Below are positions 9,223 to 18,798 of a stretch of DNA of 64,000 nt, in pieces. The stretch spans positions 91,501-155,500 of the forward strand of contig JAQBRF010000004.1 of NCBI GenBank assembly GCA_028286645.1. The letters are read 5' to 3'. Position 1 is the first letter of the stretch. Each line of letters opens with the position of its first letter. The position numbers were made by a program, and so were the translations under genes. The DNA comes from Candidatus Nomurabacteria bacterium (GTDB lineage Bacteria; Patescibacteriota; Minisyncoccia; Phycocordibacterales; UBA5272). The notes below the pieces were generated by a model. The model saw only the letters and a program-made list of their open reading frames with translations. It had not been told where the DNA came from and did not search any database.

Positions 9223-9813
9223 TTACTTGCGATAGATGCGGTCGTGGGCAACTTTCTCGCCGTTGTGGGTGGCGGATTTCTCCGAGTACAAGGGTTTGAA
9301 GTAGTTGTCTTTGTACGCGACGCGGTCTACCACTTCAGTCGGACCGGTTGTTCGGAATTCCACGATAGTCATATCGCCATCTCTTTCGGCACTTGCCGTA
9401 AGAGGTAAGATGCGGAGAAGCTTGATGCCTTGAGAATTGTAACTTCCCACCTGCATCGTTCCTTCCGTGCTCTCCCCAGGTTTCAGTTTCGGAATCGGGA
9501 TTTTCGTTCTGATGATCGACGCGATACCTTGGGGCACTATAATGGTAAGCGCCGCGTCTTCGTCATAGGGCTTTTGTCCCATGACGCTTCCAAGCCAAAG
9601 GCCGGTTTCCAGATCAAAGGAGTGCAGAGCGTTGATGGCGGCGTCGTATTGGTACCGCTCGAGTTTTTTCTCCCCGGTAATGAGGTCTTCGTCCACCATG
9701 ATGAAGGTTTCGTTTTTGAGTGCCGAAAACTTCGCATGACGAATGATTGCTAAACCTACCACCAGAATCGCAACTGCGAGTACTATTCCTGTCACTGCTT
9801 GCGAGGTTTTCAT
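9223..9813 (-). CDS. membrane-anchored hypothetical protein (196 aa), GC-rich class
   Basis: N-terminal TM helix (VTGIVLAVAILVVGLAII). AAGGAA 8 nt upstream on minus, elevated GC, and a terminator downstream. Confidence 0.5.
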   Translation of the reverse strand: MKTSQAVTGIVLAVAILVVGLAIIRHAKFSALKNETFIMVDEDLITGEKKLERYQYDAAINALHSFDLETGLWLGSVMGQKPYDEDAALTIIVPQGIASIIRTKIPIPKLKPGESTEGTMQVGSYNSQGIKLLRILPLTASAERDGDMTIVEFRTTGPTEVVDRVAYKDNYFKPLYSEKSATHNGEKVAHDRIYRK

Positions 9814-9946
9814 CTTGTGTTCCTTTCAATGAATGAGCGGTTGATGTCATCTATATTATAACATAACCTATAAGTAATGTCAAACTAAGTATAAATTAAA
9901 ATAAAAGTATGTTAAATTTCTATAAACCACAGTAGGAAGAATTCTG

Positions 9947-10258
9947 ATGGAAACCGAAGACATTTTGCGAGAGATGCAAAAGTGCAGTAATCGCTATATT
10001 GTTATTTTGAGGGCGTTCAGGAATCATTTAACTTCGACAGGGATCCGCATTGGAACGCCGGGGCGCGTGAAAGCAAATATCACTCGTCATTACCGACTGT
10101 ATACAGACCTATATCAATTTAAAGAAGAAAAGGCTAAGGAAATCATCGGGCAAATTATTCGGGAGGATCAGGAGTTTGTCGATGCATTCTTCCGGCGTCA
10201 AGATTGGTCCTATAAAGATATGCAGCCTGAATTGGAGAAACGGATAAGGAGAGAATAG
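9947..10258 (+). CDS. hypothetical protein (103 aa), GC-rich class
   Basis: AGGAAG SD-like sequence 8 nt upstream; followed by the gcgga...tccgc+T5 terminator at 10258-10285. Confidence 0.45.
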   Translation: METEDILREMQKCSNRYIVILRAFRNHLTSTGIRIGTPGRVKANITRHYRLYTDLYQFKEEKAKEIIGQIIREDQEFVDAFFRRQDWSYKDMQPELEKRIRRE

Positions 10259-10285
10259 CGGATTAAAGAGTCCGCTTTTTATTTT
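10258..10285 (+). terminator. intrinsic terminator
   Basis: gcgga-ttaaagag-tccgc followed by tttttattttt. Confidence 0.55.
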
Positions 10286-10304
10286 TGCCAAACTATCAAA
10301 ATAT

Positions 10305-10313
10305 GGTAGAATA
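10305..10313 (+). promoter_or_regulatory. TTGCCA-16-TAGAAT promoter with TG extension for greA
   Basis: ttgccaaactatcaaaatatggtagaat; the ATG at 10321 is 8 nt after the -10 box. Confidence 0.5.
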
Positions 10314-10320
10314 CTCAGAT

Positions 10321-10776
10321 ATGGAATACTTAACACACGAAAAAAAGGATGAGCTTGAAATGGAATTAAATCACTTGAAGACTGTACGCAGAAAAGAAGT
10401 TGCAGATGCGCTTCTATATGCAAAGTCTCTGGGAGATCTTTCTGAAAACGCAGAATATCAGCAAGCGCGTGAGGATCAGGCGAATTGCGAAGAAAGAATT
10501 GCTCACATTGAACAGATTTTAAAAAATGCAGTGATCGCAGATAAGCATCATGCTGGAGTTGTAGAAGTAGGCACAACTGTTGTATTGGTTAAAGAAGGAG
10601 ATAAGGCTGAGAGGCAATTCATGATCGTTGGAAGCGAAGAAGCTGATTCTCAAGCAGGTAAAATTTCAAATGAATCTCCGATAGGAAAAGCCATCTTGGG
10701 TAAATCAAAGGGAGATAAAGTTACTGTGAGCGCCCCTAAAGGAGAAATTCTATATACCATTAAATCAATAGCATAA
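10321..10776 (+). CDS. greA: transcription elongation factor GreA
   Basis: MEYLTHEKKDELEMELNHLK N-terminus, then GDLSENAEYQQARE and the C-terminal SPIGKAILGKSKGDKV FKBP-like motif. The start is moved to 10321 because the listed 10285 start would include the promoter. Confidence 0.9.
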   Translation: MEYLTHEKKDELEMELNHLKTVRRKEVADALLYAKSLGDLSENAEYQQAREDQANCEERIAHIEQILKNAVIADKHHAGVVEVGTTVVLVKEGDKAERQFMIVGSEEADSQAGKISNESPIGKAILGKSKGDKVTVSAPKGEILYTIKSIA

Positions 10777-10778
10777 AC

Positions 10779-11132
10779 ATGCCGGTTAATAAGCATCTTC
10801 CAAATTTAGACCCGGAATATATGCTTGATGATTATGGGGCAATGCTAAATCTTATAAGAAATCAGTATGACCCGCCTCTTCCTATAGAAAGAATCGAAAC
10901 CATTAAGAAAGCTTTTTTCTTGGGAATTGATTATATGCAAGAGAGGGGCTTTATAAAAAGAAAAATAATTGATAATGCGCAAGACGTTGAAAAATTACAA
11001 CTCTTTGTAAGAGATTTTACCGAGGAAGGATTATTATTTTATAGGACTAAATATCAGAATTACCTTACTGCCATAGATAAAGTTTCAACTATACCGGAGG
11101 AAGCAGTAAAAAGATACCTGAAGAATAATTAA
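10779..11132 (+). CDS. hypothetical protein (117 aa)
   Basis: ORF immediately after greA; no motif recognised. Confidence 0.45.
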   Translation: MPVNKHLPNLDPEYMLDDYGAMLNLIRNQYDPPLPIERIETIKKAFFLGIDYMQERGFIKRKIIDNAQDVEKLQLFVRDFTEEGLLFYRTKYQNYLTAIDKVSTIPEEAVKRYLKNN

Positions 11133-11150
11133 AAAAATCTCCCTTTCTTA

Positions 11151-11159
11151 TGCTATAAT
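11151..11159 (+). promoter_or_regulatory. extended -10 TGCTATAAT, 8 nt before the lysS ATG
   Basis: tgctataattttttcatATG. Confidence 0.4.
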
Positions 11160-11167
11160 TTTTTCAT

Positions 11168-12991
11168 ATGGCAGCAATAGAAGAACTCCGAAACGAAAGA
11201 TTAAAAAAATTAGAAACCTTAAAGAATCTAGGAATTAACGCATATCCAAGCGTATCTAGACGTACTCATGAAATAGGGGAAGTGGTGAGAGGTTTTAAAA
11301 AATTAAAGGAAGAAGGAGTTCAAGTAATTCTTAATGGTCGCGTGATGTCTTCTCGAGGACAAGGCGCCCTTATTTTCCTAGATCTTTATGATGGGACAGC
11401 GAAGGTTCAAGCAGTAATAAAGAAAGATGAAGGAGGGGAAGAGGCTCTTAGCTTTTATTCTTCATATGTGGATATCGGAGACTTCATAGAAGTAACCGGA
11501 ACGCTTTTCGAAACCAAATCAGGACAAGAAAGTATTCTTGTGACTAAAGTCGCAATGCTTTCAAAGTCTCTTTTACCGCTACCGGACAAATATCACGGAT
11601 TGCAAGATGAAGAGCTCAGAATGAGAGAAAGATATTTAGATATTTTAACTAATCCCGAATTACGCGAATTATTTGAGAAGAAAGCAAAGTTTTGGAATGT
11701 GGTGCGCGAATTCTTTAATGAAAAGAAGTTCTTAGAAGTAGAAACTCCGACTATTGAAGTTACCACTGGAGGAGCAGAGGCACGGCCTTTTTCAACGCAT
11801 CATCATGATTATGATTTAGACGTGTATATGAGAATTTCTGTAGGAGAACTTTGGCAAAAGAGATTAATGGCTGCAGGATTTCCCAAAACATTTGAGATTG
11901 GAAGAATTTACCGAAACGAAGGGTCATCTCCAGATCATGTTCAGGAATTTACTAATTGTGAATTTTATATGGCCTATGCGGATTATGAAGATGGAATGAA
12001 AATAGTTGAGGAGTTGTATAAGAAGATTGCAGTGGATGTATTTGGAACGACCAAGTTTACTACTCGCGGGCATGAGTTTGATTTAAGTAATGAATGGAAG
12101 AGAATTGATTATAAAGAGGAAGTATTAAAACAAACCGGATTAGACTTAGATAAAGCAGAAGATGAAGAAATCAAAAATAAGCTTAATGAACTTAAGGTGA
12201 AATATGAAGGCACTAATCGAGAGCGACTAATGGATACACTATGGAAGTACTGCAGGAAAAATATCGCAGGTCCGGCTTTCCTTATAAATCCTCCAATTAT
12301 CGCTTCGCCGCTTGCAAAGAAAAATCCAGACGGTCTTACTGCTCAGAAATTTCAGCCTATTCTTGCGGGTGCCGAAGTTGGGAACGGTTATAGCGAGTTA
12401 AATGATCCTGTGGATCAAAAAGAACGATTTAATAAGCAGCAAGAGTTATTGGCTGGCGGCGACGAAGAAGCCATGATGGCAGATGATTCATTTATAGAAA
12501 TGCTTGAGCATGGCATGCCGCCAACATGCGGATTTGGATTTGGTGAAAGATTATTCGCCTTTATGGTGGATAAACCGATTCGTGAAGTACAAATGTTTCC
12601 CCTAGTAAAACCTAAAGAGAAAAGTTCTGATAAAATTAGTAGGAAAATATCTTTAGATTATTTTAAAGAAGTAGAAATAAAAATTGGAAAGATTTTAGAG
12701 TGTGATCCAGTAGAAGGATCAGATAAATTATATAAATTCTTAGTTGATGTGGGTGAAAAAGATGGGGACGGGAACGATGTTCATAGAACAGTTTTATCAG
12801 GAATTAGAAATTCATTTCCTGATAAAGGTGATTTAATCGGCAAGTCGGTTGAGGTTGTTACTAACTTAGCAGCAAAAGATTTGATGCAATATAAATCTAA
12901 TGGGATGCTATTGCTTGCCGTTGACGAAACTGGCAATGCTTTTTTGATGAGTCCAGAAGGTGATGTAAAACCTGGAACACTCGTTAGATAA
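11168..12991 (+). CDS. lysS: lysyl-tRNA synthetase (class II) fused to a C-terminal Trbp111/EMAPII-like tRNA-binding domain
   Basis: OB-fold N-domain and class IIb motifs (FRNEG, PEFT, GFGFGERL). About 110 extra C-terminal residues, KIGKILECDPVEGSDKLYKFLVDVGE..., match the Myf/CsaA tRNA-binding fold. Confidence 0.85.
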   Translation: MAAIEELRNERLKKLETLKNLGINAYPSVSRRTHEIGEVVRGFKKLKEEGVQVILNGRVMSSRGQGALIFLDLYDGTAKVQAVIKKDEGGEEALSFYSSYVDIGDFIEVTGTLFETKSGQESILVTKVAMLSKSLLPLPDKYHGLQDEELRMRERYLDILTNPELRELFEKKAKFWNVVREFFNEKKFLEVETPTIEVTTGGAEARPFSTHHHDYDLDVYMRISVGELWQKRLMAAGFPKTFEIGRIYRNEGSSPDHVQEFTNCEFYMAYADYEDGMKIVEELYKKIAVDVFGTTKFTTRGHEFDLSNEWKRIDYKEEVLKQTGLDLDKAEDEEIKNKLNELKVKYEGTNRERLMDTLWKYCRKNIAGPAFLINPPIIASPLAKKNPDGLTAQKFQPILAGAEVGNGYSELNDPVDQKERFNKQQELLAGGDEEAMMADDSFIEMLEHGMPPTCGFGFGERLFAFMVDKPIREVQMFPLVKPKEKSSDKISRKISLDYFKEVEIKIGKILECDPVEGSDKLYKFLVDVGEKDGDGNDVHRTVLSGIRNSFPDKGDLIGKSVEVVTNLAAKDLMQYKSNGMLLLAVDETGNAFLMSPEGDVKPGTLVR

Positions 12992-13088
12992 TTATATTTA
13001 AATAAGACTCTATTTACTTTTATTTTTGAAAATGTAGTATGTAGTAGAATGTGTGAGTAATTCATTTCATCTCATCGCTGGGAGCTGT

Positions 13089-13541
13089 ATGAAAAAAGCA
13101 CCAACCAAGGCAGACGTGATTCTGTTGGGAACTGAGGAAACTGATGGTCGCGTGATTTCACTCGATCGCGCAGTCGATACTGTAGCCACGCCCTTTCCGT
13201 ATGAAATCGTGAAAATTACGCCAATTGCCACAGAGATCAAGGGAGATGAGGACTATGTGGTGTTAGCGCGGTGGAATGGGGCCCTGTACACATTTTTCTG
13301 GCCCCATACATTCCCTCGCGCCACAAAACATACCGGGTTCTTTCTGTTTTCTAACGTAATGTCCAGTGAGGGGGTGTGCTCCAGGTTGTGTCACATTCTT
13401 TATGAACGGGCGCTTCCTCTTCCCAGAATTCACAAAGAAAGCGTGGAATTAAATCACGATAACCCGGAGACTAAATGGCGCACCTTTATAAAAAGGACGT
13501 CAGAATCCAAATGGGAAGAAATCAGGACGGTGGGTAAATAA
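13089..13541 (+). CDS. hypothetical protein (150 aa), GC-rich class
   Basis: ATG at 13089 preceded by GGGAG 4 nt upstream; the listed 13053 start is a GTG. Elevated GC, and the terminator at 13543-13575 follows. Confidence 0.4.
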   Translation: MKKAPTKADVILLGTEETDGRVISLDRAVDTVATPFPYEIVKITPIATEIKGDEDYVVLARWNGALYTFFWPHTFPRATKHTGFFLFSNVMSSEGVCSRLCHILYERALPLPRIHKESVELNHDNPETKWRTFIKRTSESKWEEIRTVGK

Positions 13542-13542
13542 T

Positions 13543-13575
13543 CGCGGCGCCGCAAGGTGCCGTTTTCTTTTTATT
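13543..13575 (+). terminator. intrinsic terminator
   Basis: gcggcgccgc palindrome followed by ttttctttttatttt. Confidence 0.5.
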
Positions 13576-13652
13576 TTCAAAGGGGTTTTGGGATTTTTGA
13601 TTCAAAAATTAGAAGTGAAATTGGTAACTTGCATGATATCCACAGGGATTAA

Positions 13653-13706
13653 TTAGGTTTTGAAAAGGGAAGTGGAGTATAATGGGTTTCAGTGGGGGGT
13701 TGTGGG
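13653..13706 (+). promoter_or_regulatory. candidate Pmra promoter (TATAAT 13678-13683) with two GTGGG direct repeats 10 bp apart
   Basis: gtggggggttgtggga lies immediately downstream of the -10 box. MraZ is known to bind TGGGN direct repeats with a 10-bp period in its own promoter. Confidence 0.35.
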
Positions 13707-13867
13707 AGACCTTCCAAAACCTTAAAATTTAATTATCTGCTTTGTCGCCACGAAACTTTTATCAGGCAATGTACTATTCGTACATCTTCTTCTATAAGTT
13801 TCTATGCTTCGCGCATCTAAAATAAATTTTAAAGTTTATGGTTGCTGCCATCAGTTAAAACATATTC

Positions 13868-14302
13868 ATGCTAATCGGAAAATACACGCACGACCTAGAT
13901 CCAAAAAAACGACTTACGCTACCTTCCAAGTGGCGTACGGATTTAGGGAGAAAAGTGATTGTAACTAACGGATTAGATGGTTCACTGTTCATTTTTCCTA
14001 CTCGTGAGTGGGAAAAAGTAGCGGAAAAGTTATCTCAAGGCGGCTTCGGAAATAAGGACACTCGTGACTTTAATAGATTTATTCTAGGAAATGCATTTGA
14101 GACCGACGTTGACGCTGCCGGAAGAATTGTAATTCCAGATATTTTAAAGGAGTTTGCCAAACTAGAAAATAAAGTAGTTCTAGCGGGGATGCACTCTCGA
14201 ATAGAAGTCTGGGATGAAACGCAATGGGATAATTTCACTACGAAAGTAAGCGGCGAAGCAGATGTATTAGCTTCTAAGCTTAGTGAACTAGGAATTATTT
14301 AA
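13868..14302 (+). CDS. mraZ: transcriptional regulator MraZ
   Basis: MLIGKYTHDLDPKKRLTLPSKWR... shows two UPF0040 repeats, each with the DxxxR motif; first gene of the dcw cluster. Confidence 0.9.
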   Translation: MLIGKYTHDLDPKKRLTLPSKWRTDLGRKVIVTNGLDGSLFIFPTREWEKVAEKLSQGGFGNKDTRDFNRFILGNAFETDVDAAGRIVIPDILKEFAKLENKVVLAGMHSRIEVWDETQWDNFTTKVSGEADVLASKLSELGII

Positions 14303-14303
14303 T

Positions 14304-15194
14304 ATGCATGTTCCTGTACTTTTAAATGAATCAATAGAGGGTTTAAACATATCACCTGGTGGTGTCTATGTAGACTGCACGACAAATCGTGGAGGTCATA
14401 GCATAGAGATCGCAAAAGCAATAGGTCACACTGGAACTCTTATTTGTCTTGATTTAGATCAAGAAGCTTTAAAAGCCGCAGAAGAAAGAATTAGCAGTAT
14501 TCCAAATGCTCCAAAGCTGCATTTCGTGCATTCTAACTTTCGCAGCTTAAAAGATGTCTTGAAAAACTTAAGTATAGAAAGAGTTAATGGAGTCCTTGCT
14601 GATCTAGGGCTTTCCTCAGAGGAGTTGGATATATCTAAAAGGGGATTTTCTTTCCGATTTGATGAGAAGCTACAAATGACTTTTAATTCTCATCCTGGGG
14701 AAGAAGACATAAAGGCAGAAGACATTGTGAATGACTGGAGCGAAGAATCTATAGCAGATATTTTATACGGCTTCGCCGATGAGCGTTATTCGCGCAAGAT
14801 TGCAAAGGGAATTGTGGAGAGCCGTAAGGAAAAGAGAATCCTGACTACGCAGCAACTTGTAGATATAATCTCACGCTTAGTACCGCCAAGCTATCGCCAT
14901 AAAAAGACTCACTTCGCTACAAAAACATTTCAAGCTATCCGCATGGCTGTAAATGACGAAGTGGGCAGCCTAACGGAATTAATAGACTCACTAGAAGATG
15001 TACTAGTTTCAGGCGGCAGAGCATGTTTTATAACCTTCCATAGTACAGAAGACAGAATCGTCAAACAAAAATTTCGCGCGCTAAAAGATTCGTTTGTGTT
15101 GGTAAATAAAAAAGCAATTGTTCCCAAGAAAGAAGAAATTATCAATAACCCGCGTGCACGCAGCTCACAGCTGCGAATAATCGAAAAAGTATAA
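14304..15194 (+). CDS. rsmH: 16S rRNA m4C1402 methyltransferase RsmH (MraW)
   Basis: MHVPVLLNE...VYVDCTTNRGGHS signature; directly follows mraZ. Confidence 0.9.
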   Translation: MHVPVLLNESIEGLNISPGGVYVDCTTNRGGHSIEIAKAIGHTGTLICLDLDQEALKAAEERISSIPNAPKLHFVHSNFRSLKDVLKNLSIERVNGVLADLGLSSEELDISKRGFSFRFDEKLQMTFNSHPGEEDIKAEDIVNDWSEESIADILYGFADERYSRKIAKGIVESRKEKRILTTQQLVDIISRLVPPSYRHKKTHFATKTFQAIRMAVNDEVGSLTELIDSLEDVLVSGGRACFITFHSTEDRIVKQKFRALKDSFVLVNKKAIVPKKEEIINNPRARSSQLRIIEKV

Positions 15195-15197
15195 CCC

Positions 15198-15515
15198 ATG
15201 AAATACAAATATAAGTCCATTAATCTATATGAAAGAACTGTGCACACTATGTTTGGCACTCTTCTTATATTAGGAATTATATATTCGGTTGTACTGCTTT
15301 CATTAATCTTTTCAGTAATAGAAAGAAAACAAAATACATTAGCAAACAGGGATTTAACCTCTGAACTAAGTTCGCTAGAAACGAGCTACGCAAATCAAGT
15401 GGCGACCATCACAGATTCTAAGCTTCTTGCGAATAATTTTAAAAGAGTAGATGGGGCGACCTTTGCTGTGCGTAAAGATGAAGTTGCAAGCTATACTGTG
15501 CTTTATGCAAGATAG
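15198..15515 (+). CDS. ftsL: FtsL-like cell division protein
   Basis: Small single-TM protein with a coiled-coil, lying between rsmH and ftsI. Confidence 0.5.
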   Translation: MKYKYKSINLYERTVHTMFGTLLILGIIYSVVLLSLIFSVIERKQNTLANRDLTSELSSLETSYANQVATITDSKLLANNFKRVDGATFAVRKDEVASYTVLYAR

Positions 15516-17247
15516 GGAGAAAGTAATCACTCAAAACCAAGAGATGCGCTCAAATGACAGAGCGCATCTTCTGTATTCCTTATGGGTTATTTTAGCCGTG
15601 ATTATTTTAATTCGAGCATTTTATATTCAGGTAATACAGCATAAAAGTTATATTACTAAAGCAGATGCTCAATACATATCTGTTGTTCCGACTAATTTTG
15701 ATCGGGGATCCATTTTCTTTTCTGGTTCCTCCGGGTCTCCTGTCCCATTTGCTCAGCTCGAAACCACTTATAGAATAGCCATTGATCCCACAGTAATAAA
15801 AGACCCAGAAGAACTATATAACACTCTCTCTCCATTCATAACATTAGACAAGACAAGCTTTATAGAAAAAGCTTCTAAGAAAAGTGACCCATATGAAGAG
15901 GTGGCGAAAAATATACCATTAGACATAGTAAATAAAATAAAAAGTTTAAAGATTATGGGTGTGAGTTTTGTAAAGGATAATAAGAGAGCCTATCCGCAAG
16001 GAACGAATGGGGCACAAATTGTCGGCTTCGTTGGAAATGATGGGATAAGAATAAAAGGCCAATACGGCCTTGAAAGATATTATGAAGATGTTCTTACACG
16101 AGATAATGGTCAAACTGTAAATTTCTTCGCGGAACTTTTTGCAGATATTGATAAAACAGCCATTTCAAATACCGATAAGCAGCAGGGTGATATAGTGCTT
16201 ACTATTGATGCAGAAGCGCAGAGGGAGCTTTCAGGAGTTTTGGCGGAGACTAAGAAAGTCTGGAATTCAGATAGTATCGGAGGAATAATCATGGACCCAA
16301 AAACAGGAGCGATAATAGCTATGGACGGTCTTCCATCATTTGATCCAAATAACTTTGGAAATGTTGATGATTCTAATGTATACATAAATAAAAATGTTTC
16401 AGGAGTATATGAAATGGGAAGTATTATTAAGCCTCTTACAATGGCGGCCGCACTTGATTCCGGAGCGATAACTGAGGATACCACTTATACAGACCTTGGT
16501 TGTCGAGAGTTAAATACATACAAAGTCTGTAACTTCGATAAACAGCCCCGCGGCCCAGATACTTCTATGCAGACCATCTTAGACAAATCTCTAAACGTAG
16601 GAATTGTCTTCCTGGTAGAGAAAATGGGAGCCAAAACATTTCAAGATTACTTTAAGAAATACGGACTTGGCCAAGAAACCGGTATTGATCTACCAGGAGA
16701 GGCGAGCGGTCTTACGAAAAACTTAGATAGCAAGGTTTTCGTGGATAGCGCAACCGCCGGATTCGGACAGGGAATTGCTGTTACTCCTATTCAAACAATC
16801 CGAGCCCTCGCATCTCTAGGAAATGGCGGCAAGCTAGTTACTCCTCACGTAGTAGACAGCATCATTTACCAAAATGGCGATGTGAAAAAAATAGTTTCAG
16901 ATGATGATATCCAAGTAATTAAGCCGGAAACTAGTGAAGCGATTTCCCGCATGCTTGTTCATGTGGTAGATACAGCTCTCCAAAATGGAGCAGATAAAAT
17001 GGAGCATTATAGTATTGCAGCAAAGACAGGGACCGCCCAAATGCCAAAGCCAGGAGGCGGCTACTATGAAGATAGGTACCTCCACTCCTTTTTCGGATAT
17101 TTCCCGGCATATGATCCAAAGTATATTATTTTCCTATTTCATACTTATCCTAAGGGGGCCCAGTACGCTTCTGCGACTTTATCCGATCCATTTTTTAAAT
17201 TGGTAAAGTTTCTGATCTCTTATTACGAAGTTCCTCCAGACCGTTAG
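15505..17247 (+). CDS. ftsI: penicillin-binding protein 3-type transpeptidase FtsI
   Basis: SxxK (GSIIKP) and KTG (AKTGTAQ) motifs plus an N-terminal TM helix. The start is ambiguous (15505 or 15544); the listed 15451 overlaps ftsL. Confidence 0.8.
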   Translation: MQDREKVITQNQEMRSNDRAHLLYSLWVILAVIILIRAFYIQVIQHKSYITKADAQYISVVPTNFDRGSIFFSGSSGSPVPFAQLETTYRIAIDPTVIKDPEELYNTLSPFITLDKTSFIEKASKKSDPYEEVAKNIPLDIVNKIKSLKIMGVSFVKDNKRAYPQGTNGAQIVGFVGNDGIRIKGQYGLERYYEDVLTRDNGQTVNFFAELFADIDKTAISNTDKQQGDIVLTIDAEAQRELSGVLAETKKVWNSDSIGGIIMDPKTGAIIAMDGLPSFDPNNFGNVDDSNVYINKNVSGVYEMGSIIKPLTMAAALDSGAITEDTTYTDLGCRELNTYKVCNFDKQPRGPDTSMQTILDKSLNVGIVFLVEKMGAKTFQDYFKKYGLGQETGIDLPGEASGLTKNLDSKVFVDSATAGFGQGIAVTPIQTIRALASLGNGGKLVTPHVVDSIIYQNGDVKKIVSDDDIQVIKPETSEAISRMLVHVVDTALQNGADKMEHYSIAAKTGTAQMPKPGGGYYEDRYLHSFFGYFPAYDPKYIIFLFHTYPKGAQYASATLSDPFFKLVKFLISYYEVPPDR

Positions 17248-17311
17248 TCTAACAAGCCGAGGACGAGAATATGCAGCAAATTTAGACTAGCGAACTATAT
17301 AAGAATAGAAA

Positions 17312-17335
17312 TAAAAAAACCGGCCAGGGGCCGGG
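17312..17335 (-). terminator. ccggcc-agg-ggccgg hairpin with a T-run on minus
   Basis: Preceded on plus by aaaaaaa. Serves the 17344..17755 minus gene and possibly ftsI as well. Confidence 0.5.
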
Positions 17336-17343
17336 AAAGAACT

Positions 17344-17755
17344 TCATTGATTAGATGCGGGCGAAAAGGCGATCGCATCATCCTTGCCTAAAACGACTTG
17401 AAACTGGTCGCTCAGACGGAATCGTCTCTGCCGCTGTTCGCGCACGATGGAAATCGTAAAAATGAACTCATCGAGGAAAAGAGGGTCAAGGACATCGGTA
17501 TTTGCCTGGAACACCGCCTTTCCTATATGAATCACGGCGATCTTCTTCCCGCTTTTGAGCAGGTCAAGCGTAATGCCCGCCTTCGCGTCTTCGCTTGTGG
17601 TTTGTATATTCGATCCTCCTATTTGATATGGAGTGTCGAACTCCAAACTTCTCACGCCCGGACGAAATTCAATTGAGCAGTTTGCCTCCGCGAAGGACGC
17701 TATGAACTCATCCCACGGGTCTTGGACAAACATGTCTTCTATCGTACCTTGCATA
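17344..17755 (-). CDS. hypothetical protein (136 aa), GC-rich class
   Basis: Internal ATG (MQGTIEDMFVQDPWDEF...) preceded by a strong GGAGG SD. The listed longer ORF has no SD. Confidence 0.45.
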
Positions 17756-17853
17756 CGGCCTCCTTCCTGTTTAAACTTTACAAACAGACTAGCATATTGA
17801 AATAAAAGTTTCATTAATTTCGTATAAACTGTTATATGATATAATTGATAAAT

Positions 17854-18525
17854 ATGAAAAAATTATCACACTTTTTAAGCACTTCACAAGGGAAATTCAT
17901 TGGTCTCATAGTACTTTTGATTGTTGTCTTATTTATTTATTATTTCTATGCTATGAGTAACAACACAAATTCTGCCCCAGTGGGTGAGCCATCAATAACG
18001 GAGACTGACCATGTAAGAGGCAATCTCGCAGGAACAGTGACTCTGGTAGAGTTCGGAGATTTTCAATGCCCAGCATGTGGGGCTTACGAACCTCTTGTGC
18101 GACAAATTACGAAGGATAATGGCGATATTCTAAAAGTAGTTTTCAAGCATTTTCCTTTAACTCAGCTTCACCAAAATGCACTCATAGCGGCGAAAGCCTC
18201 TGAGGCGGCGTCTATTCAAGGTAAGTTTTGGGAAATGCATGACATCTTATATGACAAGCAAGCAGAATGGCAGGGGTCATTAAACGCGCGAGATATGTTT
18301 TTAACATATGCTGCCACTCTAGGGCTTGATGCTGCAAAGTTCCAGGCTGATATAAATAGCACTGAGGTAGAAAATAAAGTTCTGTCAGAATATAAGGAAG
18401 GTCTAAGCTTAAAAGTAAACAGCACGCCAACTTTTTTCGTAAACGGCAAGAAAATTAATAATCCTCAATCAGTGCAGGAATTTAATGGCCTTATTCGTGC
18501 AAGTGCTAATGGCGCGGTACAATAA
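17854..18525 (+). CDS. DsbA-like thiol:disulfide oxidoreductase, membrane anchored
   Basis: N-terminal TM helix. The FQCPAC thioredoxin-fold active site sits in the context VTLVEFGDFQCPACGAYEP. TGATATAAT lies 8 nt before the ATG at 17854. Confidence 0.7.
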   Translation: MKKLSHFLSTSQGKFIGLIVLLIVVLFIYYFYAMSNNTNSAPVGEPSITETDHVRGNLAGTVTLVEFGDFQCPACGAYEPLVRQITKDNGDILKVVFKHFPLTQLHQNALIAAKASEAASIQGKFWEMHDILYDKQAEWQGSLNARDMFLTYAATLGLDAAKFQADINSTEVENKVLSEYKEGLSLKVNSTPTFFVNGKKINNPQSVQEFNGLIRASANGAVQ

Positions 18526-18527
18526 TC

Positions 18528-18755
18528 ATGATAAAAGAATTTTTTGTTAAGCAAGCAGTTAAATATGGCGCAAAGAACCTTCCGAAAGATCAGCAGGCAA
18601 TGCTTGCAGCTGCAGTAGAAAAGAATCCAGCATTATTTGCGAAGATAGCAAAAGAGATAGAAGCGCTAAAAAAACAGGGCAAGCCAGAAATGTATGCATC
18701 TCTTGATGTAATGAAGAAGTATCAGAAGGAATTACAAGAGTTATTCAAAAAGTAA
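18528..18755 (+). CDS. small helical hypothetical protein (75 aa)
   Basis: ORF 2 nt after the DsbA-like gene. Confidence 0.4.
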   Translation: MIKEFFVKQAVKYGAKNLPKDQQAMLAAAVEKNPALFAKIAKEIEALKKQGKPEMYASLDVMKKYQKELQELFKK

Positions 18756-18798
18756 AATTAAGAAATAAAAATGGCCCGCTTGCGCGAGCCGGAACCGG

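Noticed and set aside
10109-10576. 155-aa minus-strand ORF
   Set aside because: It lies entirely antisense to the well-supported greA and the upstream gene. Judged spurious.
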